64,000 bases of DNA, from positions 36,865-100,864 of the forward strand of contig NIVC01003379.1 of assembly GCA_002269645.1 (NCBI GenBank), read 5' to 3'. The stretch's first letter is position 1, and each line of letters begins with the position of its first letter. Positions 22,680 to 35,330 of the stretch are shown piece after piece. A program made the translations under genes and the position numbers. Under the pieces are notes generated by a model. The model was given only the letters and a program-made list of their open reading frames with translations. It was not told where the DNA came from and searched no databases. This DNA is from Macrostomum lignano. Its lineage: Eukaryota.

Positions 22680-24779
22680 CTAAATCATTGGAACAATGAG
22701 CACTGACTCCTCGTCATAATCCTCACCAAGAGGCATAGCAAAAAGCTTTGTAACTGGATCTGTAAGCTCAAACATTACAAAAGTATCTGAGAGCTTTGAG
22801 GCAATGAAAATTCCAAGTGACTTGCTATTGCATGGAAAATTAAAATAGTCTTCTTTTTGTTTGAAGCATATTGCAATGACATAGATGGATGAACAATCAG
22901 CTCGAGTAAAAATCTTTGATAGCTTAGTAGCTACACCATTAAAACTAAAATAGCTGTCTCTCTGATGTTTGACAGATAGTTGCAGTCCTTGAAATTTAGC
23001 TTGGGCAAAAAAAATTGGTTGGAAATCAATTTGCAGTGCAATGTTTCTTGGAAGGCAGTCACTCACTTTTTCAAAAAATTCAATGTTTTTCTGTTGAGAG
23101 CCTTGCAGATTTACAGTTGTAACTTGTGTTACTTCTCTAATTCGGTTTACAAGCTGCATGAATGGCAAGTTACCACTTCTAACACGCCGCCTCAAGAAGC
23201 CAAGAGCATTTTCAAACCGAAAAGCACTAAAAGAGTCAAGACAACCATATAACTCACAATCATCTGGAAGATGCAGCAGTGCATGCAAATTATAAACTAA
23301 GAAGATTCTAGAATAACTTTGCTTGCAACTTCGTAAATAAACTCTAATAAGACGAGCAACCATGTTCTTCCTATGCCCTTCAATACTACTAGAGCACATA
23401 ATTCGAGCAATAATGAAAAGTAGACAGAAGTTCCGAAAAATTTGACGTGGAATCCAGTTATTCTTTAATGCACATATTCCAGTGTACAACAAGAAAGTAC
23501 GAAACTCAGTTGCTTTCCATAATTTATACTGGGCAAGAGGTCTAGTCTTTCTGTTGAACTCAGAAGGCATAAATGTCCGTATTAACTCTAGCCTCTCTGA
23601 GATTGCTACTCGAGCCCTACTAGTCAGTCTAGAAATTCCAAGTGGACCACAATGCCAAAAAGAAATCATGCGCTTAACTACTCCAAGGCAAAGTAAATGC
23701 ATGAAGTCATAGGGAAGCTGAGATATCATGTTGAATGTTGCAAGAGCCAATAGTGGAGATGTTCCTGAATGATGATGATGATCAATCTTTGAACGAAAAG
23801 ACTGGTTACTTCTAAGTGGCACTACAGAAAAGTCATCAAACACAATTCGACCTTCAACTCTTTGTCCACGGATAACGCAACGATCACAGGAATAAAAAGC
23901 AGTATGTCCTTTAATACACTTGATAAGTGCTCGAGCAGGTGTATCAGCCAGAATATACTTCAAATTTAAACGTGTTTGACTTGGGTCTGACATAAGCTCA
24001 TTGATTTCATTAATTAAAGGTGACATCAATTCTGAAGCTGTTGGTTTTACATGTCCTTGATAGATAGCAATGACAAAAGGTGTTTCATTAGATCCTAATA
24101 GTCCTAAGACTGCCCAGCAAGATGAAGTTGAAGACTTAGCAAGTGAGAAACCATCAACAAAAACAACCAAATCAGCCTGATTACAGAAGGAAAAGTCCTT
24201 ATTGTTAAGAAAACACCTCAGACCAAAGTATGCTATTTGGCCAGTTGAAATAGCCTGGATAATTGGCTGAGGAAGATTTGCTTTCAAAAGTGTTTTACCA
24301 CACTTGGGTAAAGTAGGATATTTCTCTTGTAGCCGTGGTAGTAATACATCTAGACTATAGATAGGAATGTTGAATTTGATTACCCATTGTTTAATAAATT
24401 GATTTATGCTATCATCAGGAATACTATTTTCACTAGTAGAGCTTGCTTCTGGCCAAACATCAATAGATGTACTGCTTGCAATTGAACTTTGATCTATCTG
24501 ATCTATAATTTCAGAACTGTTAGATCTAGATTGAAGATTTGGTCCATCAGTTGAACAAGCCTCTAAGAACAAAGATGCCTCTAATTCAGTTGATGCTGAT
24601 TCCAAACAATTAGAATTAGACCTTGCTGTTCTTACTTGATATTTGCTATGAATAATCTTTTTCATAAGTTTTTTAACATTTCGTTCATGTTTTTTTTGGT
24701 TATTAGGAACCATAGATGTGATATTACTGAAAGAAAGAGAAATTGTAAAATAAATTAATAGGGTAAAAGTAAATATCAA
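22680..24779 (-). CDS. EnSpm/CACTA-type DDE transposase, intact ORF (first ATG at 24713)
   Basis: Motifs VFVDGFSLAKSS..CWAVLG, LADTPARALIKCIKGH..FYSCDRC, YDFMHLLCLGVVKR, WKATEFRTFLLY, YNLHALLHL, SAFRFENALG. No stops in 699 codons. Confidence 0.9.
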   Translation of the reverse strand: MIFTFTLLIYFTISLSFSNITSMVPNNQKKHERNVKKLMKKIIHSKYQVRTARSNSNCLESASTELEASLFLEACSTDGPNLQSRSNSSEIIDQIDQSSIASSTSIDVWPEASSTSENSIPDDSINQFIKQWVIKFNIPIYSLDVLLPRLQEKYPTLPKCGKTLLKANLPQPIIQAISTGQIAYFGLRCFLNNKDFSFCNQADLVVFVDGFSLAKSSTSSCWAVLGLLGSNETPFVIAIYQGHVKPTASELMSPLINEINELMSDPSQTRLNLKYILADTPARALIKCIKGHTAFYSCDRCVIRGQRVEGRIVFDDFSVVPLRSNQSFRSKIDHHHHSGTSPLLALATFNMISQLPYDFMHLLCLGVVKRMISFWHCGPLGISRLTSRARVAISERLELIRTFMPSEFNRKTRPLAQYKLWKATEFRTFLLYTGICALKNNWIPRQIFRNFCLLFIIARIMCSSSIEGHRKNMVARLIRVYLRSCKQSYSRIFLVYNLHALLHLPDDCELYGCLDSFSAFRFENALGFLRRRVRSGNLPFMQLVNRIREVTQVTTVNLQGSQQKNIEFFEKVSDCLPRNIALQIDFQPIFFAQAKFQGLQLSVKHQRDSYFSFNGVATKLSKIFTRADCSSIYVIAICFKQKEDYFNFPCNSKSLGIFIASKLSDTFVMFELTDPVTKLFAMPLGEDYDEESVLIVPMI

Positions 24780-26292
24780 AATTTAAAATATTCATAATTA
24801 AAGTTAAAATTATATTTCTCAGTACCACAGAATAACTATGGCAGATTAATGTGTTAGAGGATGCTCTAGTGCAATACGCAGCAATAGGTATTATTTATAT
24901 ATAAGACTTTTTTATTACTTTAGTTATAATATAAGAATAATCAGCAAGGCTATCTAGTCTTTGCCAATAAAGCAAAACTATAAGATATATTTATTTTAAA
25001 CTTTATTTAAAAATTTTGTTTATTTAGCCTATTAACATTGGTAGAATGGTAAATTTAATGATCTGGTTCATTATAAATTAGCAATAAATGTCAATTAGCA
25101 ATAAATTAGCAATAAATGTCGAACCTAGCAATAAATATCATTATAAAAAAGGAAAATATTTTGCTACCTACCAGTCTACCACCCACAACCAAATCTTGGC
25201 AAAAGCATAAAAAGTTATTATACTATAGTTAGCAACTAGCAAAAATAAAATATATAAGTACAATACAATTGACCAACAATTCTAGTTATTAGCTAAGCTA
25301 GTAGTCTGGTGAAACAATAGGTCAACAGCTACATATAGGCCAATAGACCTACTCAATAGCTAAATATTGACATTGTCAATGTCTAAGATTTCAGCATTTC
25401 AAGTAAAATTTGTAGGCCTGTGTAAATAGAAGGATAAGAAGGATGAGATGTAAGTAACCATCTGTTCTAGAACTTAATGCAATACAACAGATCTGCAGAT
25501 TCCAGTTTAAATTATTGGGGCCAAACGGTTTCACAATGTGTTTATGAGTATGACTAGCAATCAAAATCAGCCAGAGACAGTGAGACTTTTAACTGCATGT
25601 TATAGTCGTGAAATCAAACAACAGCGACAAGAAATCTTATCACCATTATACACTGTAACTATTAGAGTAATTCGCAATTGGAGTTACGTTTACATGTGTT
25701 AATTAATCCACCTCTCACTAACTAAACACTTCCATGTTTAGTCCAGTCCATGCATGTTTCCGGCCTGGGCGCGAACGCGAATGGAAGAGTAAATCAGTTT
25801 GAAATTTAGATTTTAAAACAACACGTTAAAACAAATATAACTCTAATTTTTTGTTGTATGCTCAGGAAAAAAATTGTGAATTATCCCATTAAAAGAAACA
25901 CTTAATCTAATTTAATAAAACACTAATTGCATAAGGCAAATCATTGACCACAATCGTTATTGCTGCCTTTACGCTTCTGCTCAAAGAGAAGACCTTCGCG
26001 AAAGTATATGATGAACCTGTTCAAATATGCAGGCAATATTCAAAAATAAAATACTGTGGAGCAAATTTTAGTTAAAAGTTGTTTGTTATATATATCCATG
26101 GAACACGAAAATTATACGTAATACCCACGAACAACATTCACGTAAAATTTACGTTAAAAAAATCTACGTATATTTACGTAGATAAACCAAGCTTTCCAAT
26201 TGGGTAAGTCGACAGGCTAATTAATATTCATACCCTCTGCAACATCTGCCGGCTTTCGATCGATGCGTCTCTGTTATACGCTTGTACATGTA

Positions 26293-26700
26293 CTAACAAA
26301 ATATAATGTGCTCATGTGTTTGAAACGTGTGCAGCACGACGGGGTTGACATGCCGTGTGCACATACATATAACATACATATAGAAAGCATTCCAAATCAA
26401 ACCATTGCATACATGAATGTGGTCATGTATGACTGCGCAGCAGGTCGCTTGGACGGAACAGGTCGGCGCGGTGATACAAAAGCCGTGTTGGTCACTCGCG
26501 TAGGCGATCTTGAAGGCGGCGCGCAGCAGGCCAGCGTGCGCCGCGTCAACTTGTTGCTCGAGCGACTTCATCAGCGTCCAGGTCTTGACAGTATACAGCA
26601 GGACGGTCTCGATCACCGCCTCGCCTGGAACAACGCTGCCCTCTAGCGGTCAGCTGTACATTAAGCTGGCCTCGGACTGCAGGACTCCCCAGACTACCAT
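26293..26700 (-). mobile_element. Non-LTR retrotransposon (RTE-like) fragment, region C-terminal to RT
   Basis: IETVLLYTVKTWTLMKSLEQQVDAAHAGLLRAAFKI resembles the VESVLLYG.E.WTL...LD.....LLR LINE motif. Confidence 0.55.
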
Positions 26701-27705
26701 GTAAATGTACTGTAGCTCAAGCCAGTAATGTCGGAAAATTTCAGAGTGGGGGGGGGGGCTAATGATGGGAGGGCACATTGCACATAATTTCTTCTAATCT
26801 AAGGGCACCCAAACTCCTGTTGTTAGTTTGTGGCATTATGACATAACCAGGCCAATTTTCAATTCTGTGTTGGAGTAGCCATCTCTTCTCCCTTCCCTCC
26901 TCTCTCAATCCTCTCCTCTCCTCTCTTCTCTATTTCGTCTCTCCTCTCCTCTCGATCGATCCTCTCCTATTTCATCTCTCCTCTCGATCGTAAACTCTCT
27001 TATCCTTATTCCTTCGCCTTTCCTTTCTTCTACGAGAGTACGCCAGCTCGTATTTCTCTTCTCTCTATTCCCTATCCTCTCTCCCTCCTTTGGCTTGCAA
27101 TCATCAGGGACTCCTGGGTGCATTTTGCTTAGGGGCCCAGCGAAGCGGACCCAGAAGGGCAGTAATTGCGCTAGGTTCTCAATCTGGCCCTTGAGGTAAA
27201 AAGTTTGCTGACCCTACACGTAAAAGCACTAGGCTTAGGCACATGGCCAAGTCTTGTGCAGCTACATGAGCAGGAATGCAAGAATCAAGAGCACGCCGCT
27301 GTGGTACTGCACCCAATATCGCCGATCGGTTTGCGCGTCTGCCTGTGCCTTTGCGTCTCTCTGCTCGTGTCTGCTTCTTGTGCCTTCTTACAGTGCATTG
27401 TACATTTTAGTGTTAGCATGACAGGGAGTGAAATACCTTATACGGCATGATCGATCGATGAGCGCGCGTGAATCGTGCGTAATTATATACTCCGATCAAG
27501 AGCATTACCGGATATCAAGATTCGCTGCGGGGGCTTCGGTTGACTGTGCACAGCGGGGTGGAGGGGTGGGAATTAGGCGCACGCAGTCCACCAATTTTCA
27601 CGACTCCATATATAGGGGACTTTATAGCAGTCCTCGACGCGTTTTGATAGAAGAAATACCCATGTTTTGTAGTCGCGTGTATGGTCGCATAACACACAAA
27701 TACTC

Positions 27706-30524
27706 CCCTAGTTGACAATGACTTGCCAAATCTTACAAAATCTGACTTACCAATTCCTTCAATAATTCCAAAGAAATTATAAGATCTTACTTAAGGTATC
27801 CTGTAAGATTTGACAAGAGTTGGGTAAGATCTGGCAAGAAATCGCAGGAAATTTTGCATATGTTTATCTATGCAGAATTCAATGGTCAGCATTTTTGGTT
27901 AATATTCGATTTGCTCGAATATTAATAAAAGGAAAAAGAATATAAACAATTAATTGCTTAAAAAGCTTTATATTTGTGTTTATGTACAGCAATAAATAAT
28001 TTAATATAAGGTTGGATTTATTAGAAAAAAGCATTTATTATTGTCATTTAATTATATTCAAGACAGACTGTAGGCATTAGAAAACCAAAAATCAACTTTG
28101 GCAATTTATTTAGGACAGAAAAATTGGCACAAAGAAACATGCAAACAAAATTCATCTGCAAATGCAGTCACAACTAAACCAAAAAGCAAGGTCTTTTAAG
28201 CACTGCATAACAATTTAATAACAATTAAAAGATGTTTAACTCACTATTATACCAGTACTTCTATTTAACTATTTAGCACTAAAACCAACAGCAAAAATTG
28301 TTTTAATTGACATCTTTATGAAGGAAACTTTTAAAATTCCTTCAAGTTTTACCTGCAATTAGTTAATTAATCAATCAAAAAGTTAAAAGCAACTGTAATT
28401 TTTTACCTTACTTTTTTAATTTTGTGTCTTAAGTGCATTACATAAAAAACAAACAAATCCGAAACTTTGAAGTTAAAGAAGAATTTTATAAAAACTGACA
28501 CACCAAGTCAAGCACCATTCATAGTGCCATCTGCTGCGGCCATTGGCAGATTGGCTTGCTGACACCTGTGCTTCTTGACACTTGTCCTGGCACAATATCT
28601 AGATGCTTGGTTGAGCAACAGCCAAGTAGCTCTCCAGTGTCTATCCATAGCAAGCCCGAAAAGCATCTTGAAATAAAAATAAAGTGGAGTATACATATAC
28701 AATAATTGAAATAATGATAATGAAATACACTAGTACTTTTCAGAGAAATATGCACAATACTTACTCAAGTTGCAGGTAGGTTAAAATCAATATTTTGCAT
28801 GATTTCTTGAAAGCATTTGTTTGCTTCTTTCTAAAATCTGATGATTTACCATATTAATCAAACTTGACAGCAGATTTGTTGGCTCTGTGGCTGCGGGTAT
28901 AAAAGAATTAATGGCTTGGACACTGGACAATGCCTTTATACACTACACATTTGGTTTAAAATATCTGTCCCAATGATTAAAAAGCATAAAGGTTTTGCCT
29001 TAATGTTTTTAAATATGCAAATTATACTTCACTGCTATATTTTTAGCCCAAATACTTTTAAAAAATTAGGTCTAGGTCAAAATTAGAAAAAAAATGTGAA
29101 AACCAAACTAGGATAGAATGACAATGGAAGGGCAACATGGCTTAGTGATACATGTAGGGTGTAAAACCAAGTCCAAGATGGCTACAGCATAGAATTTTTT
29201 AATCTCTGTATTATCAACTTTTTAATATTAATTCATAACTTAGGCCCCCCCCTAGTGCCATCATTATGTAAATTATGAAGTTTAATTATAATTGAATATA
29301 TAAATATCATGCAATAACAGATTTTTAGACTTTATTCACAATACAAAATTGTTTTTTTCAAGTTTTTGTTTGGTTAGGCCTAATCTAATTCCATTTTATA
29401 TATATATATATGCCCTAGTACTTATCTCCCTTACTTATCTCCATTATACTAATAATAGGAAATGAGGAAATATATAGACCTAGGCCTATGATCTATTTAG
29501 ATATTTAGAGCTGTGGCCATCTTCATCATGTGCCTACCTAGGGCTTGGCTTAGGCTAGGTAGGCTAGGGCTAGGCCAATGCTTATCATCATTTTTTCTCT
29601 AATTAACAATGTAGAGCTCCATACTTACAAAATCTCAACGCAGGCGTGCTTCTAAAGAACATGATGAAAATCGAGTGTCTGTTAGCTTGAAGATTTGTAA
29701 AAAATGCTACCACAGCACAGAATGCAGTACAAAGACACAAAGACTTTAGCTTCATTTCCTGGACTCGGGCAATTAATGGCTGCTCTTGTCACTTGCATTG
29801 CAAATAAAGTATTTACTGAAAAATTAAAATAGAAAGTAGCAAAAAACTTTTCATAGGCTTAGGCCTACAAATTAGCAGACGCGTTGGTAAATTTGTAGCC
29901 TAGATGAATATCCGATAAATCGATCTACGAAAGTAAATACAGCAGAAGCTTATTTAAAAGAAAACATAGTTAAAACAAACAGGGCACATTTTTTATTTAT
30001 AAACTTGCCTTTTTGCCCATTTAGATAAGTAAATACAACTATTATATATTACTTAAGTGTACAAATACGTTTTTATAGTTTCTTATACATTTAGCAAATA
30101 TTTTACGACAGTGTAAAAATGACTACATATGTGTACACATGTACATAGGAATATCAGTTTAAGATTACTAAACTGTAAAAATGAAACACATCATGCTGAA
30201 ATTTTATATGTAATACAATTCTGCTGTGCAGTACTCCTTTTACCTATTATAAATTTTCCCTTCGATACATATGCAATCGCAACTTGCATTATCACCTTGC
30301 GAAATCTGTTAGATCAACTAAACTGTGAATTAGTGAATTAAATTATCACATTATAAAAGCTTTTTCGACTTTTAAAGCAGGAAAATATTGTTTGCATACA
30401 AAACATACTAATCATAGATTTTTATCTGTCACTTACATTTTCTGAACAGATCTGAGAAGATTTAATAAGACTATTCAAGAGAAATCAGATCTGACAAGTC
30501 AGTTTGTAAGATTGTCAACTAGGG
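27706..30524. mobile_element. Non-autonomous CCC-terminal DNA element, 2.8 kb
   Basis: TIRs ccctagttgacaat / attgtcaactaggg, 2-bp TSD TC, subterminal aaatcttac/gtaagat motifs. AT-rich interior with only exon-like scraps (28508-28755). Confidence 0.8.
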
Positions 30525-31168
30525 TCAATATTCATTAATGCCCGGACGTATATGGGTATGAGTGCGCTTGGGGTGACGCATTTGCATAGAATATTTGCAT
30601 CGAAACATTTAACCTAATGGACATGCAGTCCAGGCGTATTGCAAAATTTGTTCGTTTTTAAAAATAAGGCAATTAATAAAACAAGTTATCGATATAACAA
30701 TAATTGTAAGCTATACAAGATATGAAGCTGTATCAGCTACATACGTTATCATTCATATAATGAAAATTTTAGTCATTTCGTCAAAAAGCAAATGGGAAGG
30801 ACCTAGGCATTGGTCACTTCGTTAACTACAAGTAAAGTGAGGTGGGGGTGGAGAAGTTTTCTTGGAAATTGGTGGGTTATTTTAAATTAGTTGCTGACAC
30901 CAGTGAGGTGGGGCGGATTCCTCGTATGAATTGCCGCCGGCGTTGTTGAAACACGAATAAAGCCGGAAAATCGCGCAGACGAATCACCACGAATTTCTTC
31001 TCCTTTTACTCCGACAGCCGGGATCCTCAAATTCCGGGGGGAGGGTAGTCGTAATCGTAGCAGAGCGGTCGTTAGAGCGGCACGGTCGTTCAGATGGTAG
31101 ACACCGGAGATTGACACCGTAAAGTAATGTGTCGATTTGCAGAGCTGATTACTGTCAGTAGGGTAGTT

Positions 31169-34100
31169 CCCAGTGGCAAAGCCGAGCTCGGTCCGAGCTC
31201 GGGCCGACGTCGGCCACTCGGCATTCGATCGGCCATACTAAAGTCGGCCAGCCGACGTCGGCCCGAACTCGGTAGAACCTCGGGGTGCCGCGCCGTTAAC
31301 CGATTAAAAGTTTTAATCAATTAAGCAGAATTTACCTACGCTAATGAATTCGATATGATTAAAAAAGAACACCGCATAAATATAGATGAATAATTTACAC
31401 TGAAAAAGTGACTCTTTTGCAATAAACAAAAACAACGCAATAATACAGCACTTTTGAACCACCAAAGTGGTGTAATGTGCTTTTTACACATACTAATTGT
31501 GTTTTTACTGAATTAGTTTCCTCGTTGAGTAGGTGATTTGACTTTTATGGATTTATTCTCCTTCGAGACGACCATGAAGTGCATGCGTTATAGGTACGGA
31601 AAATTCGAAGTACTGGATTTTAACAATTATATATATGAGTAATTTACCAGATAAAAAGAACATAGCTTCGTTAGTAAAAATATAAATAAATAATTAACTG
31701 CTTTAGAATTTACTTAAGGCGTAAATATTGCTCATTTTTTGCCATTCATTTGAATATATTGCTCCCGTGCAGGTCAAGCCAATTGTAAACAGTGTTTGGC
31801 TCTTTTTAACGTGGCAATTCATTTAGCTTCTTAGTTATTATTTTTATTACACGTTCTTTGGAAGCATTTAGATGTTTCGGCAAAAATTCCAGAGACATAC
31901 TTAGTCTTACAGTTAAGCCGTAACTAATTGAACTATAGCTACACTGTAATGCAATGTAAACTTGTTTTTTGGGGTTTAATGAAGATTTGCTTACAATTTA
32001 TGAATAGGCGTATGAAATATGTTTTCATTAATGATAATTAGACATATTACGATGGCAATTCACCAGCTATTTTCAGAATGGCCATCAAATAGTTATCTAG
32101 GAGTTAAAAGTGAATAAATATCTACAAAAAGCATATTTTCATGATAAAATGTTGAAAAGTATAGGATTGCAATAGGAGTTACCATAACTTAACTGTAGGA
32201 ATGATATCTAGCTTAGGTCATAAATCCTGTGATTTGAAAAGTCTAAAATGGCCTAAATAAAGCCAGATTTTTAGGCTCCTATGATATTTTTATCCCTACT
32301 ATATTAGGTCTAGCTTCTTATTTTTTATTTGTCTATGGCAATGCCATCATGAATTATATACAATCAGTTAATTTAAGACATTGTTTATGTACTATAGGCC
32401 AGGATATAATGCCAATTGTGCATTTTATGGCAGGCAATTTAATGTAATTTTGCTATATATGCCAATTTTTTACTCTTTTGAATAGATTCATAGTATTCAG
32501 TTTATACTATATTGTTTTTCTAATGACTTTTTAGTATAACTATAGTATACTTATTTTACTATTATAGGTTTTTACTTTATTTTTGCACCATAGACTAGAT
32601 ATTGATGCTATTTTTATATACTAGGGCCCTATGCCATATTTGGCATCAGTTTTGCACTGCAAAGTTTTGCACATCAATTTTTTTACTTTTTCATCATATG
32701 GCTTCAATTCTAACCCCCTTGATGTTCTAGATACAACACTTTGAGAAAATGGGGCGAGATTCTAAGCCTCCCACGAGCGATCCAGAAGCAGCAGCACGAC
32801 ACCCATGCCCATGACCACCACATTGAGATGGGCAACGCAGTCGTTGCGAGGGACTTTGCTGCTGATGGCAGCTGGAAGCCTGCTGTTCTGACCGACTGCT
32901 CCAGGGCTGTGTCTCTCTTGCCAGTTTGACGATGGTCGAGAGGTCCATCGGCAGATCAATCAAGTGTCTGCGCGGCGCCTTCCAAAGTTGAGCAACCGCT
33001 ATGTGCCGAGGTGCCTGACGATCAACCAGAGGCCCCTGCGGAGACGCCTGGCCAGGCGCCAGAGTTGAGCTCTGCGGCGCCACTTTGACGTTCGACCAGG
33101 GCAAGAGCTTAACCTGACCGGCTGCGCTACCAGTGACTATGGACTGTTCCTCTATGGACTGTGAACTGATTTGCGTCTTTTATTCCCGTTTTTATCTAAC
33201 GCTTAATCTTTGTGGGGAGGAGTGTGGTGACTTGACTGAGCAAATTGTTGTTTGTTTTGTTAGCTTGTTTTTACTCCGTGTTTTGAGGTGGTGTTTTACC
33301 AGTTTCGCTGCGTGCTCCCTTCTGCGATATTTCGCTGTACATTCTTATGTGCGCTCTGCATTCTGGCCGCTCTTGCTTTCCACCCTTAAGCCTCTTACAC
33401 CTAATATATCGTGCTCAATATTTACAATATAAATTGCAGTCGCTTTCCTCGTATCAAGCGTCTCGTTCTACAATCTAAAGTGAAGTCTTTACAGTTTATA
33501 ATGTTAATAAATGCTCAACCAAATCCGTATCGCAACCCTTAACTCAACCTCTGTTTTCAGCTGTTTAGCTACTTTTTCTCTTTGTTTTCTTGCTTATTGG
33601 TTTGAAAGTTAATCTTGTATCATTATTAGCATTTGATAATACACTAGTGTGCTTGTGGTGGATTTACTGTTGCGGTGTTCTTTTAATTCAATTATTTTAA
33701 GTTCTAAATCGTTGTCTTATTTCACAATCATTTAATCCTGAACATGGTTGTTGGTTGTATATTTGTTGGGTCAGAGAACTGAGTCTGGTGGATATGTATC
33801 TAATTCCGAGGGGAAATCAATTAACTAGTTATACTAGAGGCTCACCATAACTAGGCTCATATACGAGCGTACATTAACACTGCAATGCACTAACATGCTA
33901 GGAATGACATGGGATCTTTAACTCGATGGTTTCAATTCGTGTCATGTCATTTTCCCATTCACCTTTTCATGTAATACCGAATTGTACATGTACAGTAAAA
34001 TTATATAGAAAGTGAAAGTGGCACCTACATGTAGTCAATCTGTAAGAAGCAATATAAGCTTTATAATAAGCTAAATAAAGTATAGTGCAAAGCTACTCGG

Positions 34101-34224
34101 CATTACCGCGGTCAGCCGACCTCGGCCCGAGGTCGTCGGCCCGAGCTAGAACCGCCGTCAACCCGCCGAGCTCGGCCCGATCTCGGCGGACCGAGCTCGG
34201 GCCGAGCTCGGCTTTGCCACTGGG
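31169..34224. mobile_element. Non-autonomous CCCAG-terminal DNA element, 3.06 kb
   Basis: TIRs cccagtggcaaagccgagctcgg / ccgagctcggctttgccactggg, 2-bp TSD TT, and a paralogous empty site at ~35165-35200. Confidence 0.9.
32740..33472 (+). mobile_element. Gypsy pol 3' tail with PPT and LTR (33220-33472)
   Basis: GNAVVARDFAADGSWKPAVL...DDGREVHRQINQV resembles a Gypsy integrase C-terminal tail. PPT ggggaggag is followed by tgtggtgac...gttctaca. Confidence 0.55.
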
Positions 34225-34879
34225 TTGCTGCCACCACCGTAATTTACATATTACGGAACGTTTAGTGATCTCAGAGCTTTATTTGAGATGAGATTTCGGT
34301 TATTTTACGCCCCACGGGCAAAGGATTCAAGATAGGCTATGGCTTAAGTCAACGGAATAAATATTAAGCGTTAATTTGTTGTTATTTATTAAAGTAATTA
34401 TGGTTATTAATTTTAAAGCAGGTTATTTATGGATTAATGAGTAATATAATGACGATGATGAATACACGGGCGCCGGTGCGCTAATAAACTAATAAATTAA
34501 TGAACTGTAGAGATAAACAGACAAGATAGTGAGGGAGCGATCGCGCAAGAAGAAAGTTAGAAAAATTGGCAACTGAGCATGAGTAGTTTATATAAGCAAA
34601 AGTAGGGCAACGTCCAAAGCATGGGGGAAAGATTAGCCAACAAAGGGGCCATACAATGGTTAAAGGAGAAATTACACAGAAAATATATAATGAACCGCTT
34701 AATTCCAACTAATGAAAAGGCTGTTAGCCAACGATGGGAAACTGAAAAGCAACGGTGGGTCCACACACGGGGCCAACAAGAGGAGGGGGTGATGTCATAA
34801 CAATGGTTGGCCGCACGGGTTGGTATTCACGAAGAAAAACACGGGCGCGCATTTAAAATGAAAAATATTAAATGGTGGC

Positions 34880-35330
34880 AACTGAGGTGGGGCGGAGGAA
34901 GAAAGAAAATTTTCTTGATAGTTGGTGGGTTTGAAAAGTTGGGTTTCTTCGAAACCGAACAGCGTTGAGTTCGCACGAATAAAGCCGGAAATCGCGCAGA
35001 CGAATCACAACGAATTGTTTCCTCCTGTTTTACTCCGACTGCCGGGTTCTCAAATCCGGGGGGAGGGTAGTCGTAATCGTAGTCGAGCGGTCGTAAGCGG
35101 CACGGTCGTTCAGAACTTTAGACTCTATGGTCTAGACACCGAAAATATGTTTTCAATTGTCGTACTGATTACTGTCAGTAGAGTAGCGCTGCCACCACCG
35201 TAGTTTCGTATTACGGAACGTTGAGATCTCAGAGCTCGCTTAGAGTCGAGATAAATCGGGTTGTTTAACGCCCCACGGGCAAATAACTCAAGATAAACTG
35301 TTATGGGCTTCGATGATTGAACAACTTATT
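34880..35330. repeat. Diverged duplicate of 30835-31168 plus 34225-34400
   Basis: Shared blocks cacgaataaagccggaaa, cgcgcagacgaatcac, ggggagggtagtcgtaatcgtag, gctgccaccaccgta and attacggaacgtt. Confidence 0.85.

Larger units (their letters stand above)
19416..26204 (-). mobile_element. Apparently complete EnSpm/CACTA-type (CCC-terminal) transposon, 6.8 kb
   Basis: TIRs cccaactggaaa / tttccaattggg, 2-bp TSD TA, tacgt-rich subterminal regions, and transposase plus DUF4806-type gene inside. Confidence 0.85.

Noticed and set aside
32725-32760. tacaaca...tggggcgag as a 5' LTR end plus primer-binding site
   Set aside because: The upstream sequence does not match the LTR at 33220-33472.
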